Positions 47,476 through 60,800 of a DNA stretch of 64,000 nucleotides are shown here, piece after piece. Positions within the stretch are counted from its first letter, which is position 1. Every line of letters starts with the position of its first letter. The notes under the pieces are model-generated. The model was not told the origin of the DNA and made no database searches. It saw nothing but the letters and a program-made list of their open reading frames with translations. The position numbers and the translations under genes are program-made. Location: assembly GCF_009914755.1 (NCBI RefSeq), contig NC_060930.1; one strand, written 5' to 3'. This DNA is from the human T2T-CHM13v2.0 reference genome, Homo sapiens.

Positions 47476-50400
47476 AATGTTTGATTTTTGCAATCCATGT
47501 GATTTGTTTAGCTCACATTTTTTCTTGATTCTTACATTGAGAAATGCAACGGGTAAACATTGAAACCTGTACAAATGGTACCAGCTTGACAACTGCGTGG
47601 TTTTATATGCAAAAACAATGGATTGTTGGGTATTTATAGATTGCATTCCAGGTATGCAGTTACATTTATTAATGCACAGTATTTGTGTTTTTAACTAAAT
47701 GTTTTAAGTGGTTTTTAACTTTTATTTCACTTGTCCAGTGACTTCTGTTGGTTTTGAAGTATAACCAATGAATGTATTCAGGATGGAGGGGCCTTACTGA
47801 GGGTTAGAACAGATGCTGTAAAGATCTAGTTAGCAACATGGATCCTACAGTCAAGCAACCTAACTCTGTCTCCACTATTCTCTTATGAGAGTCATTTGAC
47901 TTCAGCAGGCTTAGCTTATAAACTGGGATTATAAAAGACCTGACTGTGATAATCAGATACATAAAGCAAATAACACTGTGTCTGGCATATAGAAGGTGCA
48001 CAACTAATGCTAAGTTTTACATAGTTTTTAATCTTAGGGAATTAAATTGTCCAGGAGATGTTCAGGATTGGAGGGATGGTGGTTAGTATAGTGCTAGATA
48101 AAATTAATGGTAATAATTTGTTGTATTGACATGAATTCTGTATATATTTTCTTAGGCCGATTTACTCTTTCAGAAATGTTTTATTATTTTAGCAAGACCG
48201 GATTAAGGTATAGTGATGCAGTGGAAAGAGCACTGGGCCTTAGAATAAGGGGATTTCCTTTCTAGCCTTGGCTTTGCCATTTATTTTCTGGAAATGAGAG
48301 TGGCCCAGTGAAAGGTCCATGGGGACATTTGACATAGGATGGGACAACTGACCTAGTGAGCTTATCTGTTTACCTCTCTTTTTCACCTCTGTTGGTCTGT
48401 ATCTTTCAGTGTCAGAAAAATACAGGTATAACTCTGCAACAAGGGACATTTAATTAGCAAGCCTCCCTTGTTAGAACCTCGCTAAATTAATTATTGATCT
48501 TGTTTTAGTATAGATTCTTCCCTGTTGCCATGCCACAATAATTGCAGCAAAGTTGTGGTTAGCTGGCTCTCGGACACTTTGGAACTGCTCTCCAGCTTTT
48601 AAAGTTGAATAAATGACATGTAAGAGCTTTCCACTCTCCTTAAGTTCCACTGTATTTTTACTCAGACACAACAGTGGCCATTTGGGGCCAGAGAGCCACA
48701 AATGCTCCTGAAATTATACGGTTCTCCAAAAGCAAAATAAAACAAAATTTTAAAATTAGCAAACCGTCTTCTTCCACCCACCCCCCAAACAATTCTGAAA
48801 GCCATGTTAAAATGTACCCTGTAAGCCTTCCTATAAGCCTTAGTTCTTCAGTTGCCTTCCTTCAGGCAAGAGAGGTGTCCCACATGGGGTCTGAGCTTTA
48901 ACACCACAGATTCCATGAAACCTGTTCTTTGATTATCTCCTCTTTAAGGAATGGGAATATGATGTTGGATTCAGGGTACCTGTCTCACTCTTATTGCCAC
49001 ATCTCAAACACTTTCTTCATTTGAGTGACTCCCAGAGGCAGTCCTTTAAATCTTGATGCATTATATGCCAGCCTCCCTGGGCCTTATGGGGGTCCCAATT
49101 CACATCTGGTTATCTTTGACCTTTATCTTGGAATTCTTCCTTCTTTTTAATTCATCCCACACTTCTTAAAATGTTAAACGGCTAATGTTGTATGTTTCAT
49201 GAAAACATTCTAATGGGACTGATGATATTCACCTATTATTGGAGAATGTGTCATTTTTGTCAGTGACCTTTTTAGGAGAGTGCCAGTGTGTTTGCTTTCT
49301 TTCTTTTTTTTTTTTGTATTTTGCAATCCCGTGGTATTAATTTTTAAGTTTTAAATTGAAGTACATTATACAAACCTACAAGAAGGGTACAGCTTAATAA
49401 GGAAGATCACATCCATGTAATCGCTACCCTGATCAAGAGGTTGGCCACCTCTTTTATCAATTATCCACTTTTGACCAGAAATATAGTTAGAGTCTCACCT
49501 GGTTGAACAACTGAATCCAAATTATCTTGAATAATGAGAATTTCTAGTGTTGTAACTTGAGGCTTTGCCCATGGCTTTGTTTTATTAAACATGTTTATTG
49601 ATGACTTAGATAAGGCCATGGAAGGCAAGCTTATCAAACTTACGATTGAGGCAGAGGGAAAAAGGAAGTCTCCCTTTGCTTTCTAATTGCAGAGATTGTC
49701 CTCTTCTCCCTCCACTTCACTATTATTCTTCTTTTTAGTTCAGGAAGTGGGGAGGCAGAGAAAATGAGAGATAATATTTCTTCTAATGGCATTTTAGGGA
49801 TAGTCAACTATTTGCCTATTAAAAGCTCGTTCTTCTTAACAGTCATTTTGTGTCTTTTACTCTTTTGTATGATTATAAGATTCTTTGTGAGGATGAGCCA
49901 GTTTTATAAAGATTCCCAGGGGGTACAGCATTGGCGATTCATTCTAAGAGAAAATAAATGAAATTGACTTGGGAGAGTATTACATTTTTTCCTAATTTGA
50001 GAAAACTCCCAGAAGCAGTTCTGTTTCCTAATACCTGGATTCCACATTTATGGTAAATTTAGCATCTTTCTGGCCCTGCTTGTCCTTATTCCCCTGCTTT
50101 TAATGTCTCCCATGCAGATGACACTCCCAAATAGATGTTCTGGGTCTGCACTGAAATTTCTACCTAGCAGCTCTTGGCTGCTGCAGTTGCTTGTTTCTCA
50201 GCAAAAGTTTCTCCCGGAGTAGAGGAAGGCTGTATTCCATCACCTGGGAAGGTCTTTTCATCACCTTTGCTCTTGTTATTTTTTGTTCAGTTCCAAAATA
50301 ATTTATTTCTGTTGCTGCCACCACTCTGACTACCTCCGATATCAGAGAAAAGGACCCATGTCTTCTAGAAGACATAAGATTTTATTTCTCTTGATATGCA

Positions 50401-51349
50401 GAAATCAGAGACCATATGTTATTAATTTTTAAATTCCAATTCCACTAATAGTAATTAATACATGGTGAATAAATAAATAGAAGTCCCAATGTTGCTGAAT
50501 ACACATTTTAGACACTATCCAATTCTCTAATAAATAAGAAGAAATAAGACTTTTACTAATTCATTCATTTCTTTTTATGTTCATTTTATAAATTCCACTT
50601 ATAGTTATCTTCACTAATAGATGAGAATAGAAACCATAAATTCATTAATATGCAACTGACCAGCCCATTTCACTTGGAATGCATTTTGAGTTTACAGGCA
50701 GATTCATATATATCTAAAGCCTAAGCACTACTAATAAATTAAAAAGCCAGGATATCTACCAATTTAGGAGGAACTGGGAATATCTCCAGTTTTTTTCTTC
50801 TATTTTTCTTTCTCTCTCTCTCTGCACACTATACATGGGCATCTTGGTCAGTCTTATTCTAAAGCAAAGAATGAGCAGAAGTGCCCTCTCAGACCTTTCC
50901 TGGAAAAATAGTCATTTAAATGTCTGGAGTTAAAGGCCTTCTTTGTATAGTATACGGAAAGTAATTAGACTCAAAACCCTTTAGACAATCAATGCAGGTA
51001 TTAAATGCATTACATATCAGGAGTATTAGGGAGATAAAAATAGAGCCAAATCTTATGATGGAGGAGGCCAACAATCTCCCATAGAAAAAAACTACATGCC
51101 AGACAGTAGATTTTTTTGCCAAGACAGTCTCCTATGTGGCACAGACTATGAAAGCTATGGTCCTTCAGAGGAAGTATAGGTAATTTAACCAGGGAGTAAA
51201 GATGAGTGACTAGTGGATGGGGAACCACTGAAATTAAAAAAATATATATTTATAAGACAACTAGAGAGCTACTGTCAGAGAAACCAGCTAGAAAGTACAT
51301 TCAGTAAGAGAAAAATGTGTGGTAAAAAGCCCTTGAATAGACTCATAAT

Positions 51350-51526
51350 CAGGGCTGGCTTCATGGGCCTGAGACCTATGGAGTCACACAAGATTCCACA
51401 CTAGAAGGGCCCCATACTTCATTTAATACTCTGCTGTAGCTATCTTTAAATTCTGAATAATTTCTAAATAGAAAACTCAACATTTTCATTTTATACTGGG
51501 CCCTACAAATTAAGTAGCTTGTTCTG
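51350..51526. mobile_element. MER45A-like hAT remnant
   Basis: cagggctggcttcatggg ... agaagggcccc ... ctgggccctacaaattaagtagc. Confidence 0.7.
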
Positions 51527-54241
51527 CTGGTCATATGGAAATTAATGAAGGTGACATGAAACAAGAGCATGAGAAAGGATGAAGGGTTGTGGCTGTATGA
51601 CCAGAGAGTAAAAATCTATAGGGTGGTAAATTAGAATTCCCACATTACAGACAATTCAGGAAGAATAGGATTGAGGACTACTCTGAGCAGGCAATCTTTT
51701 TGGAACTATTGTGTTGGAGTATTGAAGGCCAGAGGCATGTAACAGGGTCCAAATATGCATGAAAAAAAATGGCGAAGACCAAGTCTCAAGTTAGAAGCTA
51801 GTTAGCCTAGGAAGGCATGCATTCCAGGTATTGGGACAGAGAAAAATGGGCAGCCTAAAATCAAGTCACAGGACAAGTGGTTTGTAAGAGGAGAAGAAAG
51901 AAAGAAGGCTGAAGAGGCCTCAGCAATGGGCATAATGCCAAGCCTAGTGACTGCGGTCATTGTGTTTCACAGAAATTTGTAAGAAAATCTACCTTTTGTG
52001 GAAAGATGATGAACAGTTTTTAGTTTGCATGGTGGTGGTGTTCAAGCAAAAAATGTCCAAGATGTAATTGGAGAAAAGAATATGGAGCTGCTAGAAGAGC
52101 TCAGGCACAGAGACAGATTTAACAGTGAGAGCTAACATTTGTTGGAGGCTCACCTTGCACCACACACCATGTCGCATTCTTCTCTTGTGGTAGAAAAAAC
52201 ACCAGATGGTATATAACATCCTTTCAGAGGAAAAGGTAATGTCTTATAAGAGGAGAAGGGCTTGTGAAAGCTAGACTTACAAGAAACCTTGTTATTAAAA
52301 TTTGGGTCTATATTTAAGCCCCTTCCTTCACTCACTCAAAAAATACTTACTCAAGATATTACTACTCTTGTGTTTAAGATGTTCATTTTAGCTATTGCTT
52401 TTTATGTGTGAGAGTTGAGATATCAAGATGACAGAGAAACAAGATACAGTGAGGTTGCCATTATAAACTTTAGAAATAAATAAAAGAAATTAGCCCCATA
52501 AGTTTCAGAAACTCAAATTAAGCTTAATGACAGATAGATTAGTCAAGGTATACTAGGGGGTAGTAGATATTTTTCATTTCTGCACAATCAAAAATGTTGA
52601 ACATCTTCCCTATGTGCTAGTAATGTATGAGGTCCAAATTCTTAAGGTAGAAAACCAGAAAATTAGAAATTTCAGCCTCTGGTAAGCTAGGAGTGACCAT
52701 GTGCTCTGGTGGGAGTCCCTGGGAAGACCCATTCTCTCAAATAAAATTTCAAAAAGAGAAGGGTTTTACACTTTGCCCTTTAGCTATTCTTTATTCTGTT
52801 CTGCCTGAAAATCAGATATATTGCCTTTCAGGGTCTCACCAAACCTAAGAGGTGCAACATTCTCTTTATTATGACAAATGCTCTTCTATGCTAAGTGTGG
52901 TAGAACAGGGAAGATGGAGGTAACTTAGGTCCTAGATGGCATCCTTACTTCAGCTCTGGACATCACGGAATTTGAAAAAAAGAAAAAGCAAACAAACAAA
53001 CAAAAAATGAAGCTGCTGTTGTTTGAGTTTTCTGTTCTTTGTATCCCAATGAATAATTTCTGGTTAATCAATGGGGCATATCACAGAATCTGAGGGCAAT
53101 TATGTGATTAGTTCTCAAGAGCATCCAGGACTCCAGTGAAATCAGGACTCTGTCTCTCCATTTCCACTTTTCTTTCTACTTTGGCTTCATTCTTTAGTTG
53201 CAGTAGAGTAGCTTTTGTGGTTGAAAACATGGCAACTCACACCTCCCAGTTTTATGTATTAGAGCTCCTGCCACCAGATGACTTCTTTGATTTCAGGTCT
53301 CCAAATCCAGAAAAATGGTTTCCTTGTCATGGCTTAGGTCAGATTTCATTTCAGTATCAATCAATTTTGGCCAGAAGGTTGAAGTCTTTTAAGAATTTAA
53401 TCATTCCCAGAAAAAGTATATATAGATGGAGAAAGGGCTGAGGAAGCTCTCAAAAGAAGGCATTGGAACTAGGGGCATTCTGGGTACATAAAACAATAGC
53501 CCTCAATTATGATTTGTATTACACAGGAGCAAACTGTATTGTGAGTCTGATTGCCCACTATGAACTACACATTTTACACAGTTAAGAGAAAGAGTAATCC
53601 TCTCATCTTTTTTTTTAATTTTTAATTTTTGTGGCTTATTTTTAGTACCCAGCCTTAATAGAGTTGAGCAAAATAGAGATTACGTTTCCATGACATAATA
53701 AATTTTGGTAATTTCAGAAAGCAAAAAATACTGGAATCTTTTCAATCCAAGTCGATTGGATACATAGCAGTTCAATTTGAACACAGCAGTTCAATTTATT
53801 TGTTAACAAATTCTGCAGTGTCTTCCTGTAAGAATCTGTAAAAATCCTCATCAGCATTTGAAGATGCACCCCCTCACTTTTGTAATTGGTTAACAGAAGC
53901 TTCTATCTTTTCACATCCCTTTAGTGATCTCACTGTTTACTCTTCAAGCTGTATAGTGGCAGCTGTTTATATGCTTGCATACACATGGTTTATTGGAATG
54001 TTCTCTTCAAATTGAAATTATTTATGTTTCAAAATTTATATACACATACTATCTATGAAAAATCCTGCACAATTGTGTATTTTTTTTGCTGTGGATACTG
54101 CATAAATAAAATTTAAAATAAGAAAGATGTTTCTCTTCTTTACATTATTACTCTATCTAAGCCTACTGATATTAGTTAAACATTGTTATTTTCTGGCAAC
54201 GATGTCTTTGATGTGTGACACATTCTTGCTGGAATCCAGCC

Positions 54242-54682
54242 TGTGGCTGATTGTATTTTCTAGAAAGGGCTGCACTAATACATAGCCCATCCCACCCACA
54301 TGCTCTTCTTGCAATGTGACAACAATAAATGACATTGTCTAACCTATGTTGGGAATGATAGTCTCTGTCTTTGAATCTGGTTGGAGTTTTGTAAATGCTT
54401 GGACCAATAGAATGTGACAGAAATAATGCTGTGTGCCTTCTGAGACTACATCATAAAAGATGATGTGGCTTCTTCCTTGGTCTTTCTTGGGATGTTTACC
54501 TTTGGGATCTGGCTACTAATTTGTGGGGAAGGCTAGGCAACATGGAGCGGCCATGTATAGCTCTTCCAGGCTACAGCTGCAGCTAAATTCTCAGCTGACA
54601 GCCAACATCATGTGTCGGACATGTGAGTAAATGATCTCATTTTATTCCAGACCTCAGCCTTCAAGTTTTCTAGCTGAGGCTA
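54242..54682 (+). mobile_element. MLT1G/H-like MaLR LTR
   Basis: tgtggctgattgtattttc ... catgctcttcttgcaatgtgac ... gaccaatagaatgtgacagaa. Confidence 0.65.
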
Positions 54683-55641
54683 GGTTATTTCGTGCCACTT
54701 GCTCTGGGGGTATTTTTTTTTTCTCTTAATACAACCATAATAATGGAACAGAGTCCATTCTGTTTCTGAAAGACACTTAAGTGTAAAAATAGTAAAAATA
54801 AATTATCTCTTTCTAATAACATTACATCCTATATAAAATAGAAAGCCTTTATTCAGATTACAATGAGCTATTCTAAAGGGGAATGTTTAGATATAGCTTT
54901 GGCTTGCTAACTATTAAATTATAAAAAATTATCTCAGCGATCATTTTCTATGCATTTAGCATGTCAGAGTTCAAATAATCTAAGAAAAATACATAGGAGA
55001 AACAAGACCTGAGGAGATGTTCCTGTGATGGAACACTGAAACAGGATACTGATGGAGACAGGGTTCTCTAAAATTATTTGAAAATAAACCAGGTTTAATA
55101 TCCTGCATAGAAAAAAGAGCCATAAAATATGGCTTCTATCACTGTACTACACTGTGTTTTTTAATTTTTTAGAAGAGTTATTTAAATTGCTAATTTAAGA
55201 CTTTAAAATTTATAAAATTTTAAATTTTATTTGTGAGGTGTTTAGTTTGCTTTCTGAAGAATTTCTTAATTAGCATGTCATGCTATGTAGGACACTTTAG
55301 TATCCCTGAGACTGAAGCAGATTTTCACATTTGGATTCTTATCTAGCCATAATTTTTTGGATTGTTTTCATATTAAGCTTTACATTTTCGAATATTTGTT
55401 GCTGCATATGTCAAATAATTAGAGTCTTTTACTACCTTTGAGACTCTAATACAAATGAAGAATCTAAACAAGCAATTAAACAATAGCAGGATATTCAGCT
55501 GGAAACAATTAAGTACTGCCGATTAGAAGCTCAATCCTCTAGAATAAACTCTTACACTAAGAGCAAAGTTTATAGCCACTCTACAATTTATTTAACACTT
55601 CCCATCTCCTTCATTTATAAACCACATATGTATATTTTCTT

Positions 55642-55935
55642 TCTTTCTTTTTTGAGACTGTCTCACTCTGTAGCTCAAGCTGGAGGGCAGTGGTGTGATC
55701 ACGGCTCGCTTCAGGCTCAACCTCCCAGGCTCCTGATCCTCCTGCTTCAGCCTCTTGAGTAGCTGTGACTACAAGTGTGCACCACCATGCCTGCCTAATT
55801 TTTTATTGTTATTTTTGTAGAGACAGGGTCTTGCTATGTTGCCCAGGTTGATCTCGAACTCCTGGGCTCAAGCAATCCTCCTGCCTCAGCCTCTCAAAGT
55901 GCTGGGATTACCTGCATGAGTCACTGTGCCCAGCC
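55642..55935 (-). mobile_element. AluJ-like
   Basis: agacagggtcttgctatgttgcccagg and ctcctgggctcaagcaatcc; TSD tatattttctt at 55631-55641 and 55939-55949. Confidence 0.93.
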
Positions 55936-57568
55936 CCATATATTTTCTTGGTAAATGTGCAATACTCAGGTTTCCTTTCTGTCTATCAGCCACTGGATGC
56001 TTGATTTAGTTATACAGAGAATTGCACTGGCAAGCTGTTCAAAACCTCTTCTTAACTTTTTTAAAGCAAAGGCAAACAGAAAAAGTAGGCGAGACAAGGG
56101 GAAAAAGAAAAAAAATCTCTCAGGAAAACTTCTGAAGGTAAAAACCACTCTGGGTCACAGGCTTTGGTCACAACAGCTCAGTTAGGGACTTGTTCTTTCT
56201 TTCTATCCCTTCACACACCAGGGGCAACATTCTTCCTGGGACTTACTATGCGCCACAAGAAACTCATTATTCGCCTTCACCAAAATTTAAACTCTTCCCC
56301 TTTCTGCATTTCCTGCTTCAATTATAACTCAACCTACTAATCAAATGGCCAAACTAGGGATAATCTTAGGCCCTTCCTTTTTCTCCACTATCAATCTAAT
56401 TTCTTTCCAAATCCTGCTGACCTATCTCTGTAATCGTTTATCAAATCTGCTTCTTCCCATCTCTGCTTGCCACTGCCCTAGCCTGATCTAGATACTTGTA
56501 GCATTTGATTGGCTATGTTACTGGTCCTGCTCTCTTAGATATGTCTCTACTCTGACATCAGAGGAATGTATATAAAATGCAAATCAGATGCTGTCAACCC
56601 ACTGCTTAAAAATCATTCAAAGCATTCCATTGCCTACAAGATAAAGTAAAATCTATTTACGTGACATGCTGGAATTTCTGTAGCCCTGTTTGTCTCTCTG
56701 TGTCCATCTTTTAAGTATCCTTTTGGCTCTTCTTTTTCCTTTTCTTAACTTAGTATCCTACATGGATGCTGAATTTCCTGTGACTCCCTCAAGCACCTTG
56801 AGTTTTCTGTCTTTGTGCATTTCTTTGTTTTCATTCCAGCTCAGGCAACACCTGTTTCAGGAATGCTTCACTTCTATTCTCTGCCAAAATTTTCACTGAC
56901 CATTTCTTTCATAGTGCTTACTTTATTATAATGATATTTTGTATTCTTTATATTTTGTTTAGATGTTGTCTTCCTGATTAGGAATGTCCTTAATTTTTGG
57001 AGCCATGACAAATATTTTTAAATGATGCCATGGCTTTGTTTGTATTGTGATTTACATAAGATTTCTCATTTACATAGTTATCAATGATGTAACTAAATCC
57101 ATGCTGATATGCTTTATAAACAACCTGTTAGAATCCATCATGACTCAAACCAAAGTTGAGCCCAATTTCATGGAATTTTCTTCACCTTTTTTATAGGAAA
57201 CTTTTGTCTCCCTTTCTTATTTCTGTGAGAACCATGGCAAATTGTAAATCTTTATACAATCAGTACAAATACTACACAGTCCATAACTATTTGTTGACCT
57301 GAAGTAAACCAGATTAATAAAGCATACACTCTGGATTGAATAATCATAAAGTCCTTAACCAAACTCATTTCCTGAGCCTGGTTATTAGAATCTAAGCATC
57401 CAATAAAGGCTTGCTTCATCTAACTGAACAGGCATAGATTAATTCTTTATTTCTTAAAAATAAACAAAAATGCATTTTATTTTTAGCAAGATAGTTTTCA
57501 CCAATTGGGCTAGAACAATTTTTGAAAGTGAAGATAAGAACTTCAAAGCCCCCACAGCCTCTACCATC

Positions 57569-57998
57569 TGCATTAGTTTCCTATTGCTGTTGTAACAGCT
57601 AAACATTTAGTAGCTTAAAACTCCACAGATTTATTATCATATAGTTCTGGAGGTCAGAAGTCTGAAATGGGTCCACAGGGCTACATTTCTTCTGGAGGCT
57701 GTAAGGGAGAATTGCTTCTTGACTTTTCTAGCTTCTGGCTGCTGCCTTACTCTTTGGCTTGTGGACAGGGAGATGCATCCTCACATCTATTCTGATTCTG
57801 ACTTTCCCAACTCCCTCTTTTCTCTATTAGGGACCCTTGTGATTATGTTTGGCTCACCTAGATAATGCAGTAATCCTCCTATCTTGTTATCTTTAACTGA
57901 ATCACATCAGCAAAACGTCTCCTTTGCCATATAAAGTAACATATTCACAGGTTCTGGGGATTGGATTTCTTTGGGAAGCCATTATTCTACCTACCATA
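57569..57998 (-). mobile_element. MLT1 (B-E-like) solo LTR with 5-bp TSD
   Basis: tgcattagtttcctattgctg ... ttctggaggtcagaagtc ... ctacctaccata; TSD ccatc at 57564-57568 and 57999-58003. Confidence 0.85.
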
Positions 57999-58204
57999 CC
58001 ATCCATTTATATTGCTATGCATGACATCTTTTGTTTTTCAACTGAGAAACAACTGTACATATGGGTTTGGATGAGAAACTGAGCGATTGAGAAAAAGTAT
58101 AGGAAATGGAGTAGATTATTGTATTCCATTAAACCCAGAGGGTATTTAAGCTCCTAAATTTGGGAAAGAATGGTCCTTAACTGGAGGATATTAATTGTTG
58201 TTGA

Positions 58205-59907
58205 TTTGTTTTGAAACTGGGTAATTTATAAAAAATGAAATTTATTTCTTACAGTTCTGGAATCTGGGAAGTCCAAGGTTGAGAGCGTTTATCTGGCAAG
58301 AGCTTTCTTGTTGGTGGGGATCCTCTGCAGAATCCTGAGGCAGCACAGGACATTACATGGTGAGGTGGGGCTAGATGTGCTAGCTCAGATCCTTCTTTCT
58401 CTTCTTATAAAGCCACCAATCCTATTTCCATGATAAATTTTAAACGAGTTTGAAGGGGACAAGTATTCAAATCATAGCATTCTGTCCCTGCCCCACCCCC
58501 AAGCCTATGCCCTGCTCACATGCCACTCAGAATTATTCCAGTGAGGGCTCTCTGCAGTGGCTTCCTCCTGAAACAAGTCTCTGCCTGGGCCACTAGGAGT
58601 TCAACAACATCCTTTGAAATCTGGATGGAGCTGCCAAATCTTCACAGCTCTTTCTTTCTGCAAGCTTGCAGAATTAGCACCACATGGATGTTACCAAGGT
58701 TTACAATTTATACCTTCTGAAGCTGAAGCATAAGGCATACATGGGACTTATTTAGCCACAGCTGGGGTAGCTGTGAAGCACTGCACTGTGGTACAGGATT
58801 AGAATCCCAAGGTGGCCCTGGGCAGTGATCTCATGGAGAATGTGATGTCCAGTCTCTGGAAATTATTTTGCTCTCCTAGGCCTCTTGACCTGTGATGAAA
58901 GGGGCAACCTCAAAGTTTTCTGAAATGTCTTTGAGGTCTTTCTCCCATTGTCTTGAGGTAGAGCACCTAGCTCCCTTCTATTCATGCTAATCTCTTTGGC
59001 AAATGGTTGCTGGGCTTGGTTTCTTCTCCTGAACATACTTCTCTATACTTTAAGTGTCAGACTGAGAGTTTTCCAAAGAATTCTACTCTTTTTCCTTTTG
59101 GATTATAAATTCGGTCCTTAAATTATTCTTTTGCTCCCAAATCTCAGCACAAGTGGTGAAAAGTAACCAGGAAGCTTCTGTATTTTCCTTAGAAATTTCT
59201 TCCGCCAGATACCCTAGTTTATCATTCTCAAGTTTGGCTTTCCACAAAACCTTCAGGCATGGAAACAACTCAGCCAAGTTCTTTGACAGTTTATAACAAG
59301 GATGGCCTTTACCCCAGATTACAATACGTTGTTCCTCAGTTCCATCAAAGACCTCATCAGAATGGCCTCTACTGTACATATTTCTATCAGAATTCTGGTC
59401 ATGACCACTTAACCAAGCTTAAGGTGTTCCAGACTTTCACTAATCTTCTTGTCTTCTATGTTCTCACCAGAATCTGTTTTTTTTTTTTTTTCTAGCCTGA
59501 TCCTTTAAATTCTTCTAGCCTCTCTCCATTGCCCAGTTCCAAAGCTGCTTCCACATTTTCAGATATTCATTCTTGGCAACATCCACTTCTGATACTAATC
59601 TTCTGTCTTAGTTTGTTCATCGTTGCTTATAACAGAATACTTGAAACTGAATAGTTTATAAGAAGTGAAATTTATTTATTGTAGTTCTGAAGGCTGGGAA
59701 GTCCAAGGTTGAGGGGGTGCATCTGATAAGAGCCTTCTTGCTGGTGGAGACCTGCTGTAGAGTCCCAAAGTAGCATAGAGTATCACATGGTGAGGGGGCT
59801 TAGTGTGCTATCTCAGGTCTCTCTTACACTTTTTATAAAGCCACCAGTCCCACTTCTAGGATAAATTTCAAAATGAGTTTTGGAGGACACATATTAAAGT
59901 CATAGCA
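58205..59907 (-). mobile_element. MaLR (MST-like) provirus: LTR ~58205-58479, internal 58480-59603, LTR 59604-59907
   Basis: Two direct LTR copies ending catagca; ORF 59083..59379 (GHSDEVFDG, WGKGHPCY, KNLAEL, LGYLAEEISK) is the typical MaLR internal ORF remnant. Confidence 0.9.
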
Positions 59908-60194
59908 CTTGCCTATGAGGTCATGAAAGGTCTGAAATCATCCTGCCTCTCCAGCCTCATCTTGTGTCCCTTCCCTCTTGATTTTCAAGCTCTATTAACT
60001 ACACTGTCTCTGTTCACAGAGATTTATATATCAAGTATCGTTTTTCTGGAGTGCTTTTCATTTTATAATTCAGCTCATTAACTCCTTCTGATATATCACA
60101 TGGTTCATTGATACTTTGTTTTGACACATTTCAATTTGAAATGTTATGCTCACTTGTTGTAACTACTTTTTAACACGTGTTCATTTAAAGAAAG

Positions 60195-60800
60195 AATAAC
60201 ACAAGAGTCCCACTATAGAAACTTCTATTTAGTATTGTACTGGAGATTCTAGGAGAAATTTTTCTATAAGGATTAAAAACTCCAAACTCATGTTGAAATT
60301 TATCATAGGAGTGGGACTGGTGGCTTTATAAAAAGAGGAATAGAGATCTGAGCTAGCACACTCAGCCCCTTCACCAATGTGATGCCCTAGGGCTACCATG
60401 GGACTCTGTAGAGGGTTCTCACCAGAAAGAAGGCTCTTACCAGATTCAGCCTCTTCACCTTGGACTTTCCAGCTTCCAGAACTAAAACAACAACAACAAC
60501 AACAACAACAACGAAACCTATGGAAAACCCAAGAGAATTATCAGACGAACTACTGCAATTAATTAGAAAGTTTAGCAAGGTTGTGAGAAATAAAATCAAT
60601 ACATAAAAGCAAATTGCACTTTATGTGCAGTTAGATAATTCAATTTTAAAAGACCATTTTTATGATAACCAAAAAATATAAGCTTTAATAAGTAAATACT
60701 TATTAGTAAGAATACTTAAATTAAGAATTTTGTTCATCGAAAGATACCAGTAACATAGAGAAGTAAAGCAATTTTTAAAGACAGAACATTGGAAAAAAGC
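60195..60800 (+). mobile_element. Old L1M ORF2 fragment interrupted by the inverted LTR piece
   Basis: cttctatttagtattgtactggagattctag before the LTR piece; gaaaaccc ... tttagcaaggttg ... aaaatcaata after it. Confidence 0.6.
60280..60483 (+). mobile_element. Inverted partial third copy of the MST-like LTR
   Basis: Reverse complement aligns to 59683-59885; both LTR termini are missing; followed by (aac)n at 60485-60513. Confidence 0.9.
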
